Shown: one piece after another, positions 29,801-43,740 of the stretch
How positions within the stretch are numbered: the first letter of the stretch is position 1
Layout of the letters: each line of letters starts with the position of its first letter
Assembly (NCBI GenBank): GCA_002633005.1
Contig: NMRA01000009.1
Span: 517,456 to 581,455 of the forward strand
Length of the DNA: 64,000 bases
Reading direction: 5' to 3'
DNA from: Phoronis australis
Taxonomy: Eukaryota; Animalia; Phoronida
Notes under the pieces: model-generated
What the model was told of the DNA's origin: nothing
The model's database searches: none
Seen by the model: the letters and a program-made list of their open reading frames with translations, nothing else
Program-made: the position numbers and the translations under genes

Positions 29801-32800
29801 GCTACGTTCTCGTCTATTATTGCCTAATTCCGCGATGCACTTTTATGGTTGATCATTTACTGTGCATTTATGTAATAGGTATCGGAGTCATAGTTATTCG
29901 GGGTCTCAGTTTTGTTGTCTACCTCACTTCTAAACATTCATTAAATTTAGACAAGTGTCGCTCTTTAGAGTGCATTCATTTCATGTGCTTATTCTTTTTC
30001 ATTCCAGCTTGTACCGAGAACAACATTGAAAGGCTTGTATATACAAGTACATACAATGTTGTTTTTGGTGGTCAGGTGATAGAAAATGGGGACGAGGCAT
30101 TACCCTACTTCCCTGTGGACAAGGTGAAGCCTTTAATTATATTTATTTATGTTATGTTTAGAACAATAGTTTTCATTATTGTTAGAAACTGCTTATTTAT
30201 TTCACTGCTATGTATTACCACAACCATGTCTTTTCATGCATTATCCATAGAAACTCTTGCAGTCTAAAACTCTTGATATGAAGTATTTTTTATATCTTGT
30301 GTTTCCTTATCATAAAGATCTATTTACAAGATGGACTGTTGGTTTCTAGCACATTTACTGTAGCACTGGAGCTTAGCAGGTGACTTGTTGCGTTCGTGTG
30401 TAAAGGTCACGGGTTCAACTCCCACTAGACCACACTACCCCCTTGAGTAAGGTTTTATGCTGCATACCTCACTTTGTATGTATTCTTATATGTGATCTAG
30501 ATTGTGGTGTAATGTCTTACCTTGCTTGTATCTATTACAGCTGTTGTCTATGTAATTGTAATCTATAAGTGAAGTTTACTATGATTATTAATGCAACACT
30601 GTTATACTATCTATTTATGGAGAGCTGCATACAATATATAATACAATCACAACAATATATAATGCAAGCGCAACATAAGCTTAATCATACATGAAGGTAC
30701 TGTGATCACCGACTATCAGGCCACAACACTTCTCTGTCTTTGTGCTTCCCTGTCTTTGATGAGTACATTTCTTTGTCAAAACTGTTGTTTTGGTGCTAAC
30801 ACTGACACACCCTTGCTCACTTTTCATAAATCTTAACCTAAGTGTGCACACTCTCTTGTCACAAATCATAACCTAAGTGCACACTCTTTTCACAATAGAA
30901 TTTGTTGAGAACAAGTTAATCTGTATTGTTTACCTGCTGGGCATTTACACTATTTCTGTCTGTTAGATGTTTACTGAACTCTGAGAACTATTTTATATAT
31001 TGTAGCATCCTGACAGTTACTCACCTACTAAAGCAGTTGCAGAGCATATGGTCCTGCAGTCTAATGGAACTAAACTATCCAATGGTAGGACCCTCCAGAC
31101 ATGTGCACTTCGGCTGGCTGGGGTGTATGGACCTGGGGAACAAAGACATTTACCCCGAGTTGTGGTAACTATGTCATCCCACTTGTTCTTAACAGTTTTC
31201 ACTGGTCACCCAATTTGGATCATTAACTAGATGTAGCTGTCTGTGTCATTATTATTATGTGCCCACATATTTATATGTGGACTCATTATGCTGTCATCTC
31301 CATCCATCCATGTCGTGAACACATCCACTAAAACAAGAAACTGTAGGAACACCGCATTTATCCACCTTCACTCTTATCAGGCTTCTATTGTGAGTCAGCA
31401 TGCGTGAATAATTGGCTGATAAGCCACCTCTGGAACTACTTTTGGCTGAATGGATGACCAGGCCATAAAATGATAATTAGCCAAGACCAGTTTCTATAAT
31501 GCAACAAAGAATAATGTCTTGCATCACCTAGCCTTGGTGGAAAGCTGTATACTGTATTGGCTCAAACAAACGCTTAGAAAAATTCATTTCACGGGGAGGG
31601 GACGCTTATTGTAGTGAGCCTACGGCAGTTGAAACCCGGTTTCCCAAACGGGTAAAATCGGAAGCTAGGATTCATCAAATTTACGCTCTGTGACGTATTT
31701 GTAGCCTATGACAGCCTTTCTACAAAATTGTGGTGCATTGCTATCAACTTCCGTTGTTAAATTACAATAATTTTTCAAAAAATTGTGCTCATCACAGGGC
31801 GAAAACTTGCCAACTGATGCGTCGCTGAATCGCGATCGTCAAAAGGAAAACTTGAACTCTTGAATAAAAATATAGTTTCGACTCAACAAATTACCTGAAA
31901 TCTTCCTTGTGTTTTACAATTTTTAAAGTTCATGTGGAGTCCAGATTAATTGCGATTAAGTCCAAATCTGCGCTACATCGTACCCCACAACACGAGAAAA
32001 ATCTCTGGATGAACACACATGTTGTTGTCACGTGACGTTTGTTTTGAAGGTCGTCTGTGTATGAGAGTGAGTGAGCGTGCGTGTGCGGGTCATCGACGAC
32101 AGACTTTTTTGTTACAAAAGGCGGAGGATTATGCAAGAAAATGGCGTTTACTAGATTGTTTTTCACTTAAACGGCTACAACATGCAAGGTGAGTGCTGGT
32201 TAGCTCACAGATTTTGTGTGCACAGGCCGACTGTCGTTAGTTCTGCCGTGGAGTATTAATAGTCCAAGGCTCGATCTACATGTTGGGGACGAGGTGAACT
32301 ACCCGGGCTGTGTGAAATTTCTGGGTCTAACGGAGACACTGACGCAGTGGTCAGCCAGCTCGCTGTATCAAGACTATAGTCAAAATCCAAATTCGTTTTA
32401 TCGTGTCCCTGTCAATAATAATGGCATGCTAAAGCCTTCTTAATTTTCGTACTTCAGGAACATAACAGTCACGTGTTTTGTACACGTGAACGCCGCAGAT
32501 CACATCTCGGAAATTGCCGATTTGACGGATTGCAATGAATGAACACAATGAAATTAACAACGTCGTTTTACAGCTTGTAAGATTCATATTAAACGTACGT
32601 ATTTTGAATATTGCAATGCATGTGTTCCAAAATCTAAATAACTTGGGTCCTATATTTTTGTATTAGTGCGCGCCGAATGAAAGTAATCGTGAGTGTTGCT
32701 ATGTTGCAAAATCTCTTATCCTGGGCCGATTCGAAAAATTCAAAGTTGTACTCATATTTGTTTTCGCTCCTCTTTTCAAATATTACAGTAAAAACTACGT

Positions 32801-35800
32801 AAAACTATCTCCATAAAAAGTACAGTCTGCTAGCTAGATTGTAATCAGCTGATCATATCCGCATAAGCGAAGCCAATTATCCTCGCTCGTGACTCGATGA
32901 CTAGAGCAGCTTGGCGGCATCCCTTTGATCGTGAGCCGAGTGCGACTCAGCCAAGGTGGATAAATACGGTCTACTTCAATTTTCCATACCCCACCGTTTA
33001 CCTTAACCACTGGGGTTAGGACCAATCTTATTTAGTGGGAATGTTCATAGCATGCTGGCGTCCACTGCTCTATCTCCAAAACCCTTTGATTTATGTTCAT
33101 GAAATTTGACACATATGTTCCATTCATGAATGGGACAGCATCAGCGAACCTTCGGACGAATACAACTACCGGTGTGCCCCGTAGTGGCAATTTTAGTTTT
33201 TTACGCTTACCTTTGTATCTTCAAAAGTCCTTAATGGATTTTCAGGAAATTTGGTATGTAGGCACCTATTAGTGAGATAACGGTATCCTTTCATTTTCAG
33301 ATGGATTCGACGTAGTTTGTGCCACTTAGTGGCCGTTTTTACTGTTTTCGAGTCTGTTTTTTGCGTCCACCCTTCTATCAACCAAACCACTCAAAGGATG
33401 ATTGTGAAAATTGGCCTGTATGTTCTTACTATGAAGAGGACAGTTGACGATGATTCTCTGACGATTTCGACTACTGTGGCACCTCCTATTGGCAGTTTTT
33501 TTTGCACCTATGGCTGTATCTCCTAAACCACGAGCCTCGCCGGTATTTAGTCGTGACTATACACTTCAAACTTCCGCCATGCCTCAAAACGATCACATAA
33601 GTTCTGCTGATATTGTGAGGACCAATGGTCTGGCCTTTCAGAACAGAAGTAGTGTACTTTTCTATGGGATTGCTTTGTAGATATTTCCCGCTTTCAACAG
33701 GAATCCAAATTTCTTTGTAGGCCTACACGTGAAAACTGCGAATCGAAGACTAGCTAATAAACAGCTTGGCCAGTGTTAAAAGCACATGGCCAGGAAGCGT
33801 GCGCTACTTACATGAACCTGTCTTCAAAGGCATTAGTTGGGAACTATCCATTCATGAAACGGGTAGCATAGCATCGGCAAGAAATGAATATTGGCACTAA
33901 TTTCTGACAGTTTCTCATACTATAAAAAAATGTTTGAGTTATTTTTAAAATAAATTGTTTGATTGCGCAGTCTAGCCAAAGCTTATTACAGGCGATTGAG
34001 TACACCCAACACATTTTAATAGGATAATTGGCTTGTTGGCTGACCACGCCTAGCGCTGCATAAGGGTTAAGGAGGATTTCAGGTAATTTGCTTGAGTCGA
34101 AACTGTATTTTTATTCAAGCATTCAAGTCGCCATATCGACGATTGCGAGGCAGGCAGTCGGCGAGTTTTCACCCTGGGATTTCAGCACAATTTTCTGTAA
34201 AATGATCGTAATTTATCAGCAAAGTTTGATAACAATGCACCACGGTTTTGTAGAAACTCTTTCATAGATTACTGATACGTCACAGAGCGTAAATATAATG
34301 AATCTTAGCTTCCGATTACACCCGTTTTGGAGACCGGGTTTCAACGGCCTTGGGTTATAATAACCCCCCCCNCCCCCCCCCCCCCCCGAAACAAACTTTT
34401 CCAAGTGCCCTCGACAGTTATTACGCCGAATACGGTAATTGGTGTATCAAACAAATGTTTCCAGATTAGGATGTAATTTCAACTCTTTTACTTGAATAGA
34501 AGAAAAAGTTGTACATTCATAGTTTGTTATGGAAATAATAAGTAAATCAAATTTCACGAGACTTAAGCTTAAATCTGTAAAGAAACAACTTTGAAAGTAT
34601 TTGTTAAAAATAAGATATCATGTAGAGAGTGGACGATGAAGTAAGATATCATGTAGGGGGCTGAAGGTGCAATAAGATATCATGTAGAGGGCTGAAGGTG
34701 CAATAAGATATCATGTAGAGGACTGAAGGTGCAATAAGATATCATGTAGAGGGCTGAAGGTGAAGTCTTCACTGTCACATTCAGCTATTTAATTACGAAA
34801 GATCTTTTGAACCTCTGTATGGATCAAATTGACATTTCGCAAGTACTTTCATGGTCTCCCGAGGTGCCTTGAACAATATTTTAGCTTTACAACTACATCA
34901 GTTAGATAATATCAGGTTTCACTAAATTTTCATTAAGTCAACTCAAACTGAGTGCTTCAGGACACCTAATGTCCTTACAGATGGAGCGTGTTACAGCTGC
35001 ATCAGGACACCTAATGTCCTTACAGATGGAGCGTGTTACAGCTGCATCATCGTGTGAGGATATAATGTTTTCAATTTTCAAAATGATGTTTCGCATTTTA
35101 TCACCTGTCTTCATGATATTTAATTTTTAACCAGCAGTTTTTAATTTGGTGTCGTATCAAAATGTTATACCCTATGTGAGTAGCTCTTCTCTCCCAGTGA
35201 CCAAGATAAATTTGATTGCTTTTGATTCATTGTTTCAGGGCTACATTGAAAAAGGTCTGTTCTCTGTCACATATGGAGCCAACAACAATTTGGTAGACTT
35301 TCTTCACATTGATAACCTTGTCCAAGGGCATGTGTTGGCTGGAGAGGCATTGTCAGAACATAAACAGGCCATAGCAGTGAGTGTATATCTATTGCCAGAA
35401 CACAAACAGGCCATAGCAGTGAGTGTATGTCTATTGGCAGAACACAAACAGGCCATAGGAGTGAGTGTATGTCTATTGGTGCATAACCTTTACAACTAGA
35501 CATTGCTAAAGATGTACAAACCCTCACCACAATAGCATTAGTACTGTAAATCCATGTATTTAGACCCATGCGGCAATATCCGGAATTTGGTGCATTTGTG
35601 ATTATATGAAACAGTTGAGAAAACTTTGATAATATTGTGCGAGTAAAACTTGTCTTATATCCACTTTAGCATGGTTTTATGTTGTTGCTTGTTCAATTGA
35701 ACAATAACTACTAAAGGGACTATAAACTCCCCTTCCATCCCAAAATGTAAGTTTTCATTTAGACTACTTACGGTATGAAATTATTCTCAAATTGCTCCTT

Positions 35801-38800
35801 TGGTCAATTTAGAGATGATTTCAATGATTCAAAAGACCTGGCAGTTGGTTATTGCTTGAATTCAGTCATTTGATGCGCCGAGCGTGCGCTCAACCAATAT
35901 TGAACTGTCAGTTCCTTGCAAAGTTGGAAATCACTCCTCATTTGAATAACAAACAAGTTGACACCAATTTTATGGCTGTAAGGTTTCTGAATTAAAAGTA
36001 TGATAGTTAGACGAAAAGCAAGTTTTCTGCCTCTTTAAAATGAAATAAAGTACTTAGAATGGACAAAAACAAGAAAGAACACCCTGTTTAAGATGTGCAC
36101 AAGGGATATCTACCTGTACTGATAAGTGTTGCTTAAGTTGTCACATCGACCTGTACATGAAACACTTGATTACCGTACTATTCTAGGTTAGTTCTCAGCT
36201 TTCACTCAAGGCCCATACACAAAATTAACATACCTAGACATTCCACTGTACAATGTACATCACTATGCATTAATCTGTTACATGGTTTGTGTAAGCACCC
36301 ATTTCCCACTTCTCAAAAATGCTGTTTCTTAATTTAAGTGCCTTTGTCATTAGCCTGGTCAACTATAACTGTTCCTTAAAAATAATGCATTATTTCTATT
36401 GCCACATGGGCCCAAATGCTTGTGTGTATGGTAGTAGTAGTGGTCGTAGTAGTTTCAACAATGGAACCACTTTTCGTTCACCTCCCTATGTCCTGGACAT
36501 TTCTGCGAGCTTCTCAGTAGAGTTTATCAACACAATGCCTATCATGGCCATGTTTGGAATTGTACTCTTTATGTGCTCAACTATACATAATGTGTGCATA
36601 TTATGGTCATTTCTGTCTCAGTATATCTAACATGGAACAGAGCTGTTAACTGTGTTGCACATGTGTGATGAGAAGAGTAGTGTTGAAGCTGCTTTCTGAT
36701 GAATGTGAAAAAATGAGCTGTCTTGTTTCTTTACCATTTGCTATGCTCTCCATAGGCGCGTATCACCGCTCTGCCTTGTTCTAGTTAATCACTGAACTTA
36801 GTCATAAATAATTGAATGAAAATTGCAGTTGGATTAGTCCAGTCATTGAGTTATTTAGTATCGTCTGCTCATCAGAGTGGTGTCAAAGGTGTTATTTAAT
36901 GTAAGGGAAGAGATCATTAATAACATAAGCTCAACAGAGGTCAAAGGTGTCATTTAATGAAAGGGGAGAGATTTTTAATAATGTGGGCTCATCAGAGTGG
37001 TGTCAAAGGTGTTATTTAATGTAAGGGATCTTGTGTCATGCAGCTTCACTTAACCTGCTTCATTTGTCTTGAATGTGTGTTGTATGCTTCATTTGTCTTG
37101 AATGTGTGTTGTATGCTTCATTTGTCTTGAATGTGTGTTGTATGCTTCATTTGATCTCAAGTTACAATGTCATTGTGTGTCAATTTTCAGGCTGGCCAAA
37201 AATATTTCTTGTCTGATGGAAAGCCTGTCAACAACTTTGAATTTTTCCGTCCATTGGTGAGCTTTTGTTATTTTCAAAGACTTGATTAAGTTTGATAATT
37301 CACATCTAAATGTTGTACTATACCGTGTTTCTCCTGTATAGAAAGTTTTTCCCTGTCAAAAAGTCTAACTTTGTTTGACCAGATACAAAACTGTGCCATT
37401 GTCCTTGCTATGTTTAAAGGAACACTTCCTCCCTTTTTAAACATCCAAAATACGATCACAAATGAGGTTTCTCAAGCACACAAGGTATGTCTCATACCTT
37501 CACATACGATGATAGAAAATGATTTCCATCATCAAGCAGTTCATTCTAGGTATCGCCTAGTAAAAAGCATGTCACTGTGTTATCAGTTCTAGTTGGGGTG
37601 ACCAAGCTTTCACGTCAATTGCAAGTGATCTTTCAATTACTTTTAATAGTAGTAACCAATTTTGCTATCGTGACCAGGGAAATTTTAGGCCGTCTTGTTG
37701 CTGTGGGTTAAAAAACTAATTACATGATCTCATGTTTAAGCCGAGAGGAAAGAATGTACTTTTCATGTGCCACCATTTCATTTTAGGTGGAGGGTTTGGG
37801 CTATTCGTATCCAAGGATTCACCTTCCCATACAGCTCATCTATTACATAGGTACGGTCTCCTTAATTACTTAGTCTTCAGGATTTTTTCCAAATAATATC
37901 ATCCAGAGGGTATTCTATAAACAGCTATTGAAATTGTGGTCGTCATAGTTTTAGTGAGGAACTTACATACTGTGTTATTTCAGTGTTGGAAATTTCATAC
38001 TTTCAATTCAGTCACTGTGACCTTGTTATTTGTGTTAGTATGCACTCTTGAAACATAACACATGTTCATTGTTTCACTTTCCATTGTAGCATTCCTTATA
38101 GAGTGGTTGCATTTCTTTCTGGGCAGAGTGTATAACTTCCAGCCATTACTAACTAGAACTGAGGTAGGTGGTTGCATCATTAACCGCACTTGAATCAAAA
38201 ACTATAGTGAACTCTTCTGATGATGTTTTATGGATAGAATGAGAAGTCCTATGCACAATGGATTGTAGGAAACCATTTATCCCTTGCAGAATAAATATAT
38301 TTCCAGTTCATACCAGGTTTCGAGAAAGAAAAATACATCATAAATGTCTACTTATCATTTTTTGCTACCCCGTCAATCAAAATCATCAGTATGGCATTTG
38401 TGTGGAACTTAAGTTGTTCAGCTTTTCTTTTCATTATTTTGACAGGAATAGTTTGATGAATCATGTCTGTGTTTTGAGAACCAGTTTGAAACCCATTATT
38501 CAGTGGAGAAAAGTGGTTCTCAAATTACGGGCAAGTTATATTGGGCTATGTTGTTTCTCTGTAGCATTCATTGGTTCGAAAGAATATGTTTCCACCTTGT
38601 GTCTGTTCTCGTACATGTGACAACTGTATGTAGTAGCGTGTATTATAGGTAGGTTTTCAATCTTAAACAGTACACACCATGGATTTTTGCACATTTTGAA
38701 TTACTGGTGGCCACAGACTAAATGTATGACGTAAAATTTAGCTAAACCCATGTTTATTTTGTGTAATTAGCTCAAAATTTTGATTTTTCTTTCAATTTTG

Positions 38801-41086
38801 TCAATTTTCACATTTCCCGCCATGTGACGTCATGGGTTGAACACAAGAGATCAGTGACTAGCATTGAACAATGGCGGGGACCAGGGAATTTGAAAGTGAC
38901 GACGATTATGAGCAAGAATTGAACGAATACTATGAAGAAACGTATGAGAATGGTGGCCAGGATGAGGAAATGGGGTTGCACGAAAGCGAGAACAAGTTTA
39001 ATGTGCTTCCGGCTGCGTACTTTTCTACTTTGAGCCTTATGAACTGGATCCTCCCGCGAGAGAAGCGGCCTCGGGCTCGGCGAGTCAACCCAGTCATCCA
39101 ACAGACGATCCTGAATTAAGAGCTGATGTTTCTGAATGATAAATATTGTCCTTTATTGAACCAGGCCTTCATCGTCTCCTGTGACTGGAGTCGAAACACG
39201 AGTCCTCAAAGTGAGCAGAACACAGAGTGGCCCCGGACCGAATCGCTTGGTCCACGATGACGTCCCACACTCTCGTTCGGCGCACGAAGTCATGCCACTT
39301 CTGCGCAACTTTGGTGTCCTTCGGAACACCGAGACGTTTTCCGCCTGGCTGCTGTTGTTGCAGCCTCCGGAAACACATCTTTTGATCCCTCTACGAACCT
39401 TCTCGACGCTCAATGTACTTTGCATTCTCTTCACTCTATACACTTTGTCTCTGATCCGAACGGTATGGCGAACGACCTGGGTTCAACCCATGACGTTGTA
39501 CATAATTATTATTTTTTTCAATTTTTGCGTGTTTCTTTATGAGCTGTGCACTAGAGGCACTGAAATCAAGTAAGATATAATAATAAAATTTATTTTGAGG
39601 TACTAGAGTCATGTTGTGTACACTTTAATGTACTGTCTTAACGGAGAGATTGCAATTTATTTTGTGGCTATCTACTTAAAGAGATGGATTTGTGAATATG
39701 CAAACATTTGCTTCTGTTCGGGTTGCAGAATGAAATAGTATACCGGTAATACTAACGTTTTATTACTTTATTGTCTGAGCATTAATTTTGAGTGTTCCGG
39801 GATTGTTTTCTGACATTACTGTGACCAAGAACTGAATATTATTGCACTGATACTTCTTTCCACTGATTGTCTGAAACATGGCACGATGACTTCCACTATG
39901 GCGCAATATTGACAGGTCATATGGACCTCGGGAGGGCAATATTGGTTTCCCAAAGGTCTATGTGAGCTGATATGTCACATGGCAATGTTGCACAGTTGTA
40001 TATTATCTACTGTACATTATCAAATGTACATTATCGACTGTACATTATCAACTGTACATTATCAACTGTACATTATCAACTGTACATTATCAACTGTTCA
40101 TTATCAACTGTGCATTATCAACTGTACATTATCAACTGTTCATTATCAACTGTGCATTATCAACTGTACATTATCAACTGTTCATTATCAACTGTGCATT
40201 ATCAACTGTACATTATCGACTGTACATTATCGACTGTACATTATCGACTGTATAATATCGACTGTACATTATCGACTGTATATTATCGACTACATTATGG
40301 ACTGTGCATTATTGACTGTACATTATCAACTGTACAATATCGACTGTACATTATCAACTGTAAAATATCGACTGTACATTATCGACTGTATATTATGGAC
40401 TACCTTATCGACTGTGCATTATTGACTGTGCATTGTCGACTGTGCATTATCGACTGCACGTTATCGACTGTACGCTGTCGACTGTACGCTATCAACTGTA
40501 CATTATCGACAGCACGTTATCGACAGCACGTTATCGACAGCACGTTATCGACAGCACGTTATCGACAGCACGTTATGGACTGCACATTATCGACTGCACG
40601 TTATTGGCTGCACGTTATCGACTGTGCATTATCTACTGTACGTTATCGACAGTATGTTATCGACAGTACGTTATCTACTGTGCGCTATCGACTGTGCATC
40701 ATCGACTGTACGTTATCGACAGTACCTTATCAACTGTACATTGTCAACTGTACATTATTGTCTGTACGTTATCAGCTGTATACTACTGACTGGTTATTTA
40801 CATGGAACATGTAACATGAAACTGCAATAGTTTCTTGTCAATTATTTTTCAGGTCTTCAAAACAGGAGTGACTCACTATTTTAGTATCGTCAAGGCACAA
40901 ACAGAGCTTGGCTATAAACCGACTAAACAAAATGACATGACAGAGGCTCTACAGCACTTCAAAAATGAAGGGCGTGGCAAGTTTAAAAAGACGAAGCAGT
41001 CTCGGTTTATGCGTTGTCTGGTTGATGTCTGTTTGTCCATTATCTTTGCAGTAGTTCTTATGTCATTTTTACCTGTTATAAAATAA
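26887..41086 (+). CDS. SDR42E1: Short-chain dehydrogenase/reductase family 42E member 1 (3-beta-HSD-like), 395 aa
   Basis: Exons 26887-27069, 28589-28742, 30008-30123, 31006-31164, 35239-35376, 37191-37256, 37787-37850, 38090-38163, 40853-41086; phases consistent. Motifs ITGGGGYVG (Rossmann), HVASYGMSGREQL, LVYTSTYNVVFGG, YSPTK (YxxxK), GVYGPGEQRHLPR, QPLLTRTEVFKTGVTHYFS, and a C-terminal TM helix. Confidence 0.95.
27580..28460. repeat. Minisatellite, ~33-bp unit, split by a ~290-bp unrelated insert (~27885-28175)
   Basis: ATGACTTGGGTACTGCTGGTATTTTGAATGTGT variants. Confidence 0.9.
29405..29625. repeat. Minisatellite, 39-bp unit x~5.5
   Basis: CACTTTGGTTGCCTATCATATTCATGCTA(C/G)AGATTG-like unit. 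Confidence 0.9.
31552..34435. mobile_element. TA-flanked non-autonomous element with ~360-bp diverged inverted arms and nested insertions
   Basis: TA-CTGTATT...AATACGG-TA ends; 31620-31910 is the reverse complement of 34065-34350. Confidence 0.6.
34610..34765. repeat. Minisatellite, 31-bp unit x~5
   Basis: TAAGATATCATGTAGAGGGCTGAAGGTGCAA. Confidence 0.9.
35351..35476 (+). repeat. 42-bp tandem triplication spanning an SDR42E1 exon end and splice donor
   Basis: Three copies of CAGAACAYAAACAGGCCATAG(C/G)A|GTGAGT; donors at 35377, 35419, 35461. Confidence 0.92.
38667..39624. mobile_element. Internally deleted Kolobok-type transposon (THAP remnant on -, acidic YFEP ORF on +) in SDR42E1 intron
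   Basis: TTAA flanks; imperfect TIR ACAGTACACACCATG / AGTGTACACAACATG. Frameshifted THAP RCVSGGCNN...PKDTKVAQKWHDFVRRTR...LCSAHFEDSCF, convergent with acidic ORF 38871-39119. Confidence 0.78.
39990..40790. repeat. Minisatellite, 14-bp unit x~57
   Basis: ACTGTACATTATC(A/G) grading into ACAGCACGTTATCG. Confidence 0.95.
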
Positions 41087-42595
41087 TGTTTTTACATGAA
41101 GAGAAATGTAATAAACTTATGCTTTATGTAAAACATGGTTGTTATGAGTCCTAGGGAGGCATTGTTGTTTGGTTTGATACATTGTATTCTCTCACATTTA
41201 ATGGTTTAGCCAGGTGCAACATTGAACTAAACAAGACTAAGTTGAGAGAAGTCACATTTTAATACTGAAATCTCTTTCCGAAAACTCCAAGGTTTCCTTT
41301 CTCTTACAAGAATTGCTTTCAGTTACCATAATTATTATCATTATTATTCTTATTATTATCTCCCCACTTGTACATGTGAGGGTGCATATTGCCTTCATCC
41401 CTGTCTGGGTGTCTGGCATCCATTGCTGTATCTCCCAGACCCCTTGCACTGAGGATCTTTATAAATGTTGGCAGATGTGTTTCTGTGGAGCTGAGAATGG
41501 ATGAGGACTTTTGGATGGCATGGAACGACTACTGCACAATTTTGCTTTTTCACATTTGTCTCTGTATCTACCAGATTCCTAATTTTTATTGAGGTACCGC
41601 TGGCACTTTACGTTGTGGGATAAATTTGACTTTTCTATATCCCTTAGTAGCCCTCTTTAAAATTTTCAAGGTTTAGCAATTTTGTTTTTGCCTTTGTTTC
41701 ATTGACTAACTACTAAGTTCTTTGTGTATTCATGAAACTTTGTGCAAGTGTTCCTACTGAGGAGAGCAAAGCTGACGTTTATTTTTGTAGGGTTTTGAAT
41801 AACTTTGAGTAGCTCCCCCAAGTGGCCTTTTTTCCTTTACCTCAATATTTAACCAGAGCTTTGATGAACAGCCTGTTCATCAAAGCGGTCACGAAACTTG
41901 TTTCGTGTGTACCTGTTCCGGAGAGCATGGCTAATGTTTTGTTGTAATAAGAATCCAATTACTGTGACATAACTTAGATTTTCTTTCCATCTGCCTCTAT
42001 CAAGCTCCTTCAAATTAATAGATCTTAATGAAAATTGGCCCAGTTCAAAATGTATTCAACCATCTTGCACTCCCTAGTGGCCGGTTTTGTTATTTTCGCT
42101 TGGCTGTTTTTTTTTTTTTTTTTTNTTTTTTTTGTCATTTGCGTCGTCTAGATATCTGCCGAGTTCATTGAATTTGACCTGTGTTTTCCTAGAGGAGAGC
42201 CTGTAAATCTGATGTTGATTGTAGTTGGATCCTATACTACTGTAGAAATATTTGAAATACGTGCATCCCCTATTTCTCTATTGTTTAATTACAATGGGCA
42301 CGGGATTTACGTACATTGTATGGCGCTCTGCGTTGCTCTTCTCATCTCAGTATAATAAACTGATCCTGCAAATCCTAATTTACAACCACTGGCTACGAAC
42401 TTGTTTTTCGAATAACAATACTAATAATAATAATAATAATAGTTTATTGTAGTTTAGGTATGTAATCTGAAACAAATGTGTTCTGTCTTGACTTGGCCAA
42501 GGGTCGCTCTGGTGTTACGGTCACCCCATGCGCTGAAAATCCTCGTCACCAGTCACGTCGTCGTTGTACAACTTTGCTTCCGTCAAAATAATTCC

Positions 42596-43740
42596 TTGTT
42601 ATGCGCCCACATATTTATATGGCGGGTGGACGCATTATGCCGTCATCTCCGTCCGTCCGTACGGGCGGCGTCCGTCCGGCGTCCGCTGCTCTATCTGCAC
42701 AACCCTTTGACATATGTTCATGAAATTTGGCACATATCTTCCATTCCTGAATGGGACGGCATGTGCGAACTTTGGACGGATCCGACTACCGGTGTGCCCC
42801 CTAGTGGCAATTTTAGTTTTTTACGCTTACCTTTGTATCTTCAAAAGTCCTAAACGGATTTTCATGAAATATGGTATGCAGGCACCTATTAGTGAGATGA
42901 CGCTATCCTCCCGTTTTCAGATGGATTCGACATAGTTTGCGCCACCTAGTGGCCATTTGTAGTGTTTTCGAGTCTGTTTTTGTGCGTCCACCCCTCTATC
43001 AACCAAACCGCTCAAAGGATGATTGTGAAAATTGGCATGTATGTGCTTACTATGTAGAGGACGGTTGACGATGATTTTCAGACGATTTCGACTACTGTGG
43101 CGCCTCCTAGTGGCAGTTTTTTTTTGCGCCTATGGCTGTATCTCCTAAAACGTTTGCAGGATCTTTACGAAATTTAATAAGTGTATTTATATGATGTTAA
43201 CAACAGACGATGACGACTTTTGGACGGATCCGCCTACCAGTGTGCCCCCTAGTGGAAATTTTATTTTTTACGTTTACCTCAGTATCTTCACAAGTCCTTA
43301 ACGGATTTTCATGAAATTTGGTATCATGTAGGCACCTATTAGTGCGATGATGACGCTATTCTCCCGTTTTCGGATGGATTCGACCTAGTTTGCGACACCC
43401 AGTGGCCATTTTTACTGTTTTTGAGTCTGTTTTTTGGCGTCCACCCCTCCATCAACCAAACCGCTCTAAGTATGATTGTGAAAATTGGCATGTATGTTCT
43501 TACTACGAAGAGGACGGTTGACGCTGAATTTCCCATGACTGATTATTGTGGCGCCTCCTAGTGGCAGTTTTTTTTGCGCCCATGGCCGTATCTCCCAAAC
43601 CGTTTGCAGGATCTTTACTAAGTGTATTTATGTGATGTTGACAACGCACGATGACGACTTTAGGATGATTCTGACTACCGGTATGCCTCTAGTGGCAATT
43701 TAAGTATTTCACATTGACCTCTGTATTTTCATAGGTCTTC
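42596..43740 (+). mobile_element. Helentron-associated element with ~150-bp internal array
   Basis: TTATGCGCCCACATATTTATATG, (CCGT)n, CTAGTGG units at ~42801, 42947, 43108, 43250, 43400, 43558, 43689. Further fragments at ~31253-31320, 33050-33530, 57825-58075. Confidence 0.7.

Noticed and set aside
36663-36800. GTGATGA...CTGA in SDR42E1 intron
   Set aside because: Box spacing atypical, no guide or terminal stem.
38564-38650. Possible duplicate SDR42E1 exon starting TGTAG|CATTC
   Set aside because: In-frame stop, wrong length, no similarity beyond the first codons.
39972-40830. 280-aa and overlapping repetitive ORFs
   Set aside because: Products of the 14-bp minisatellite.
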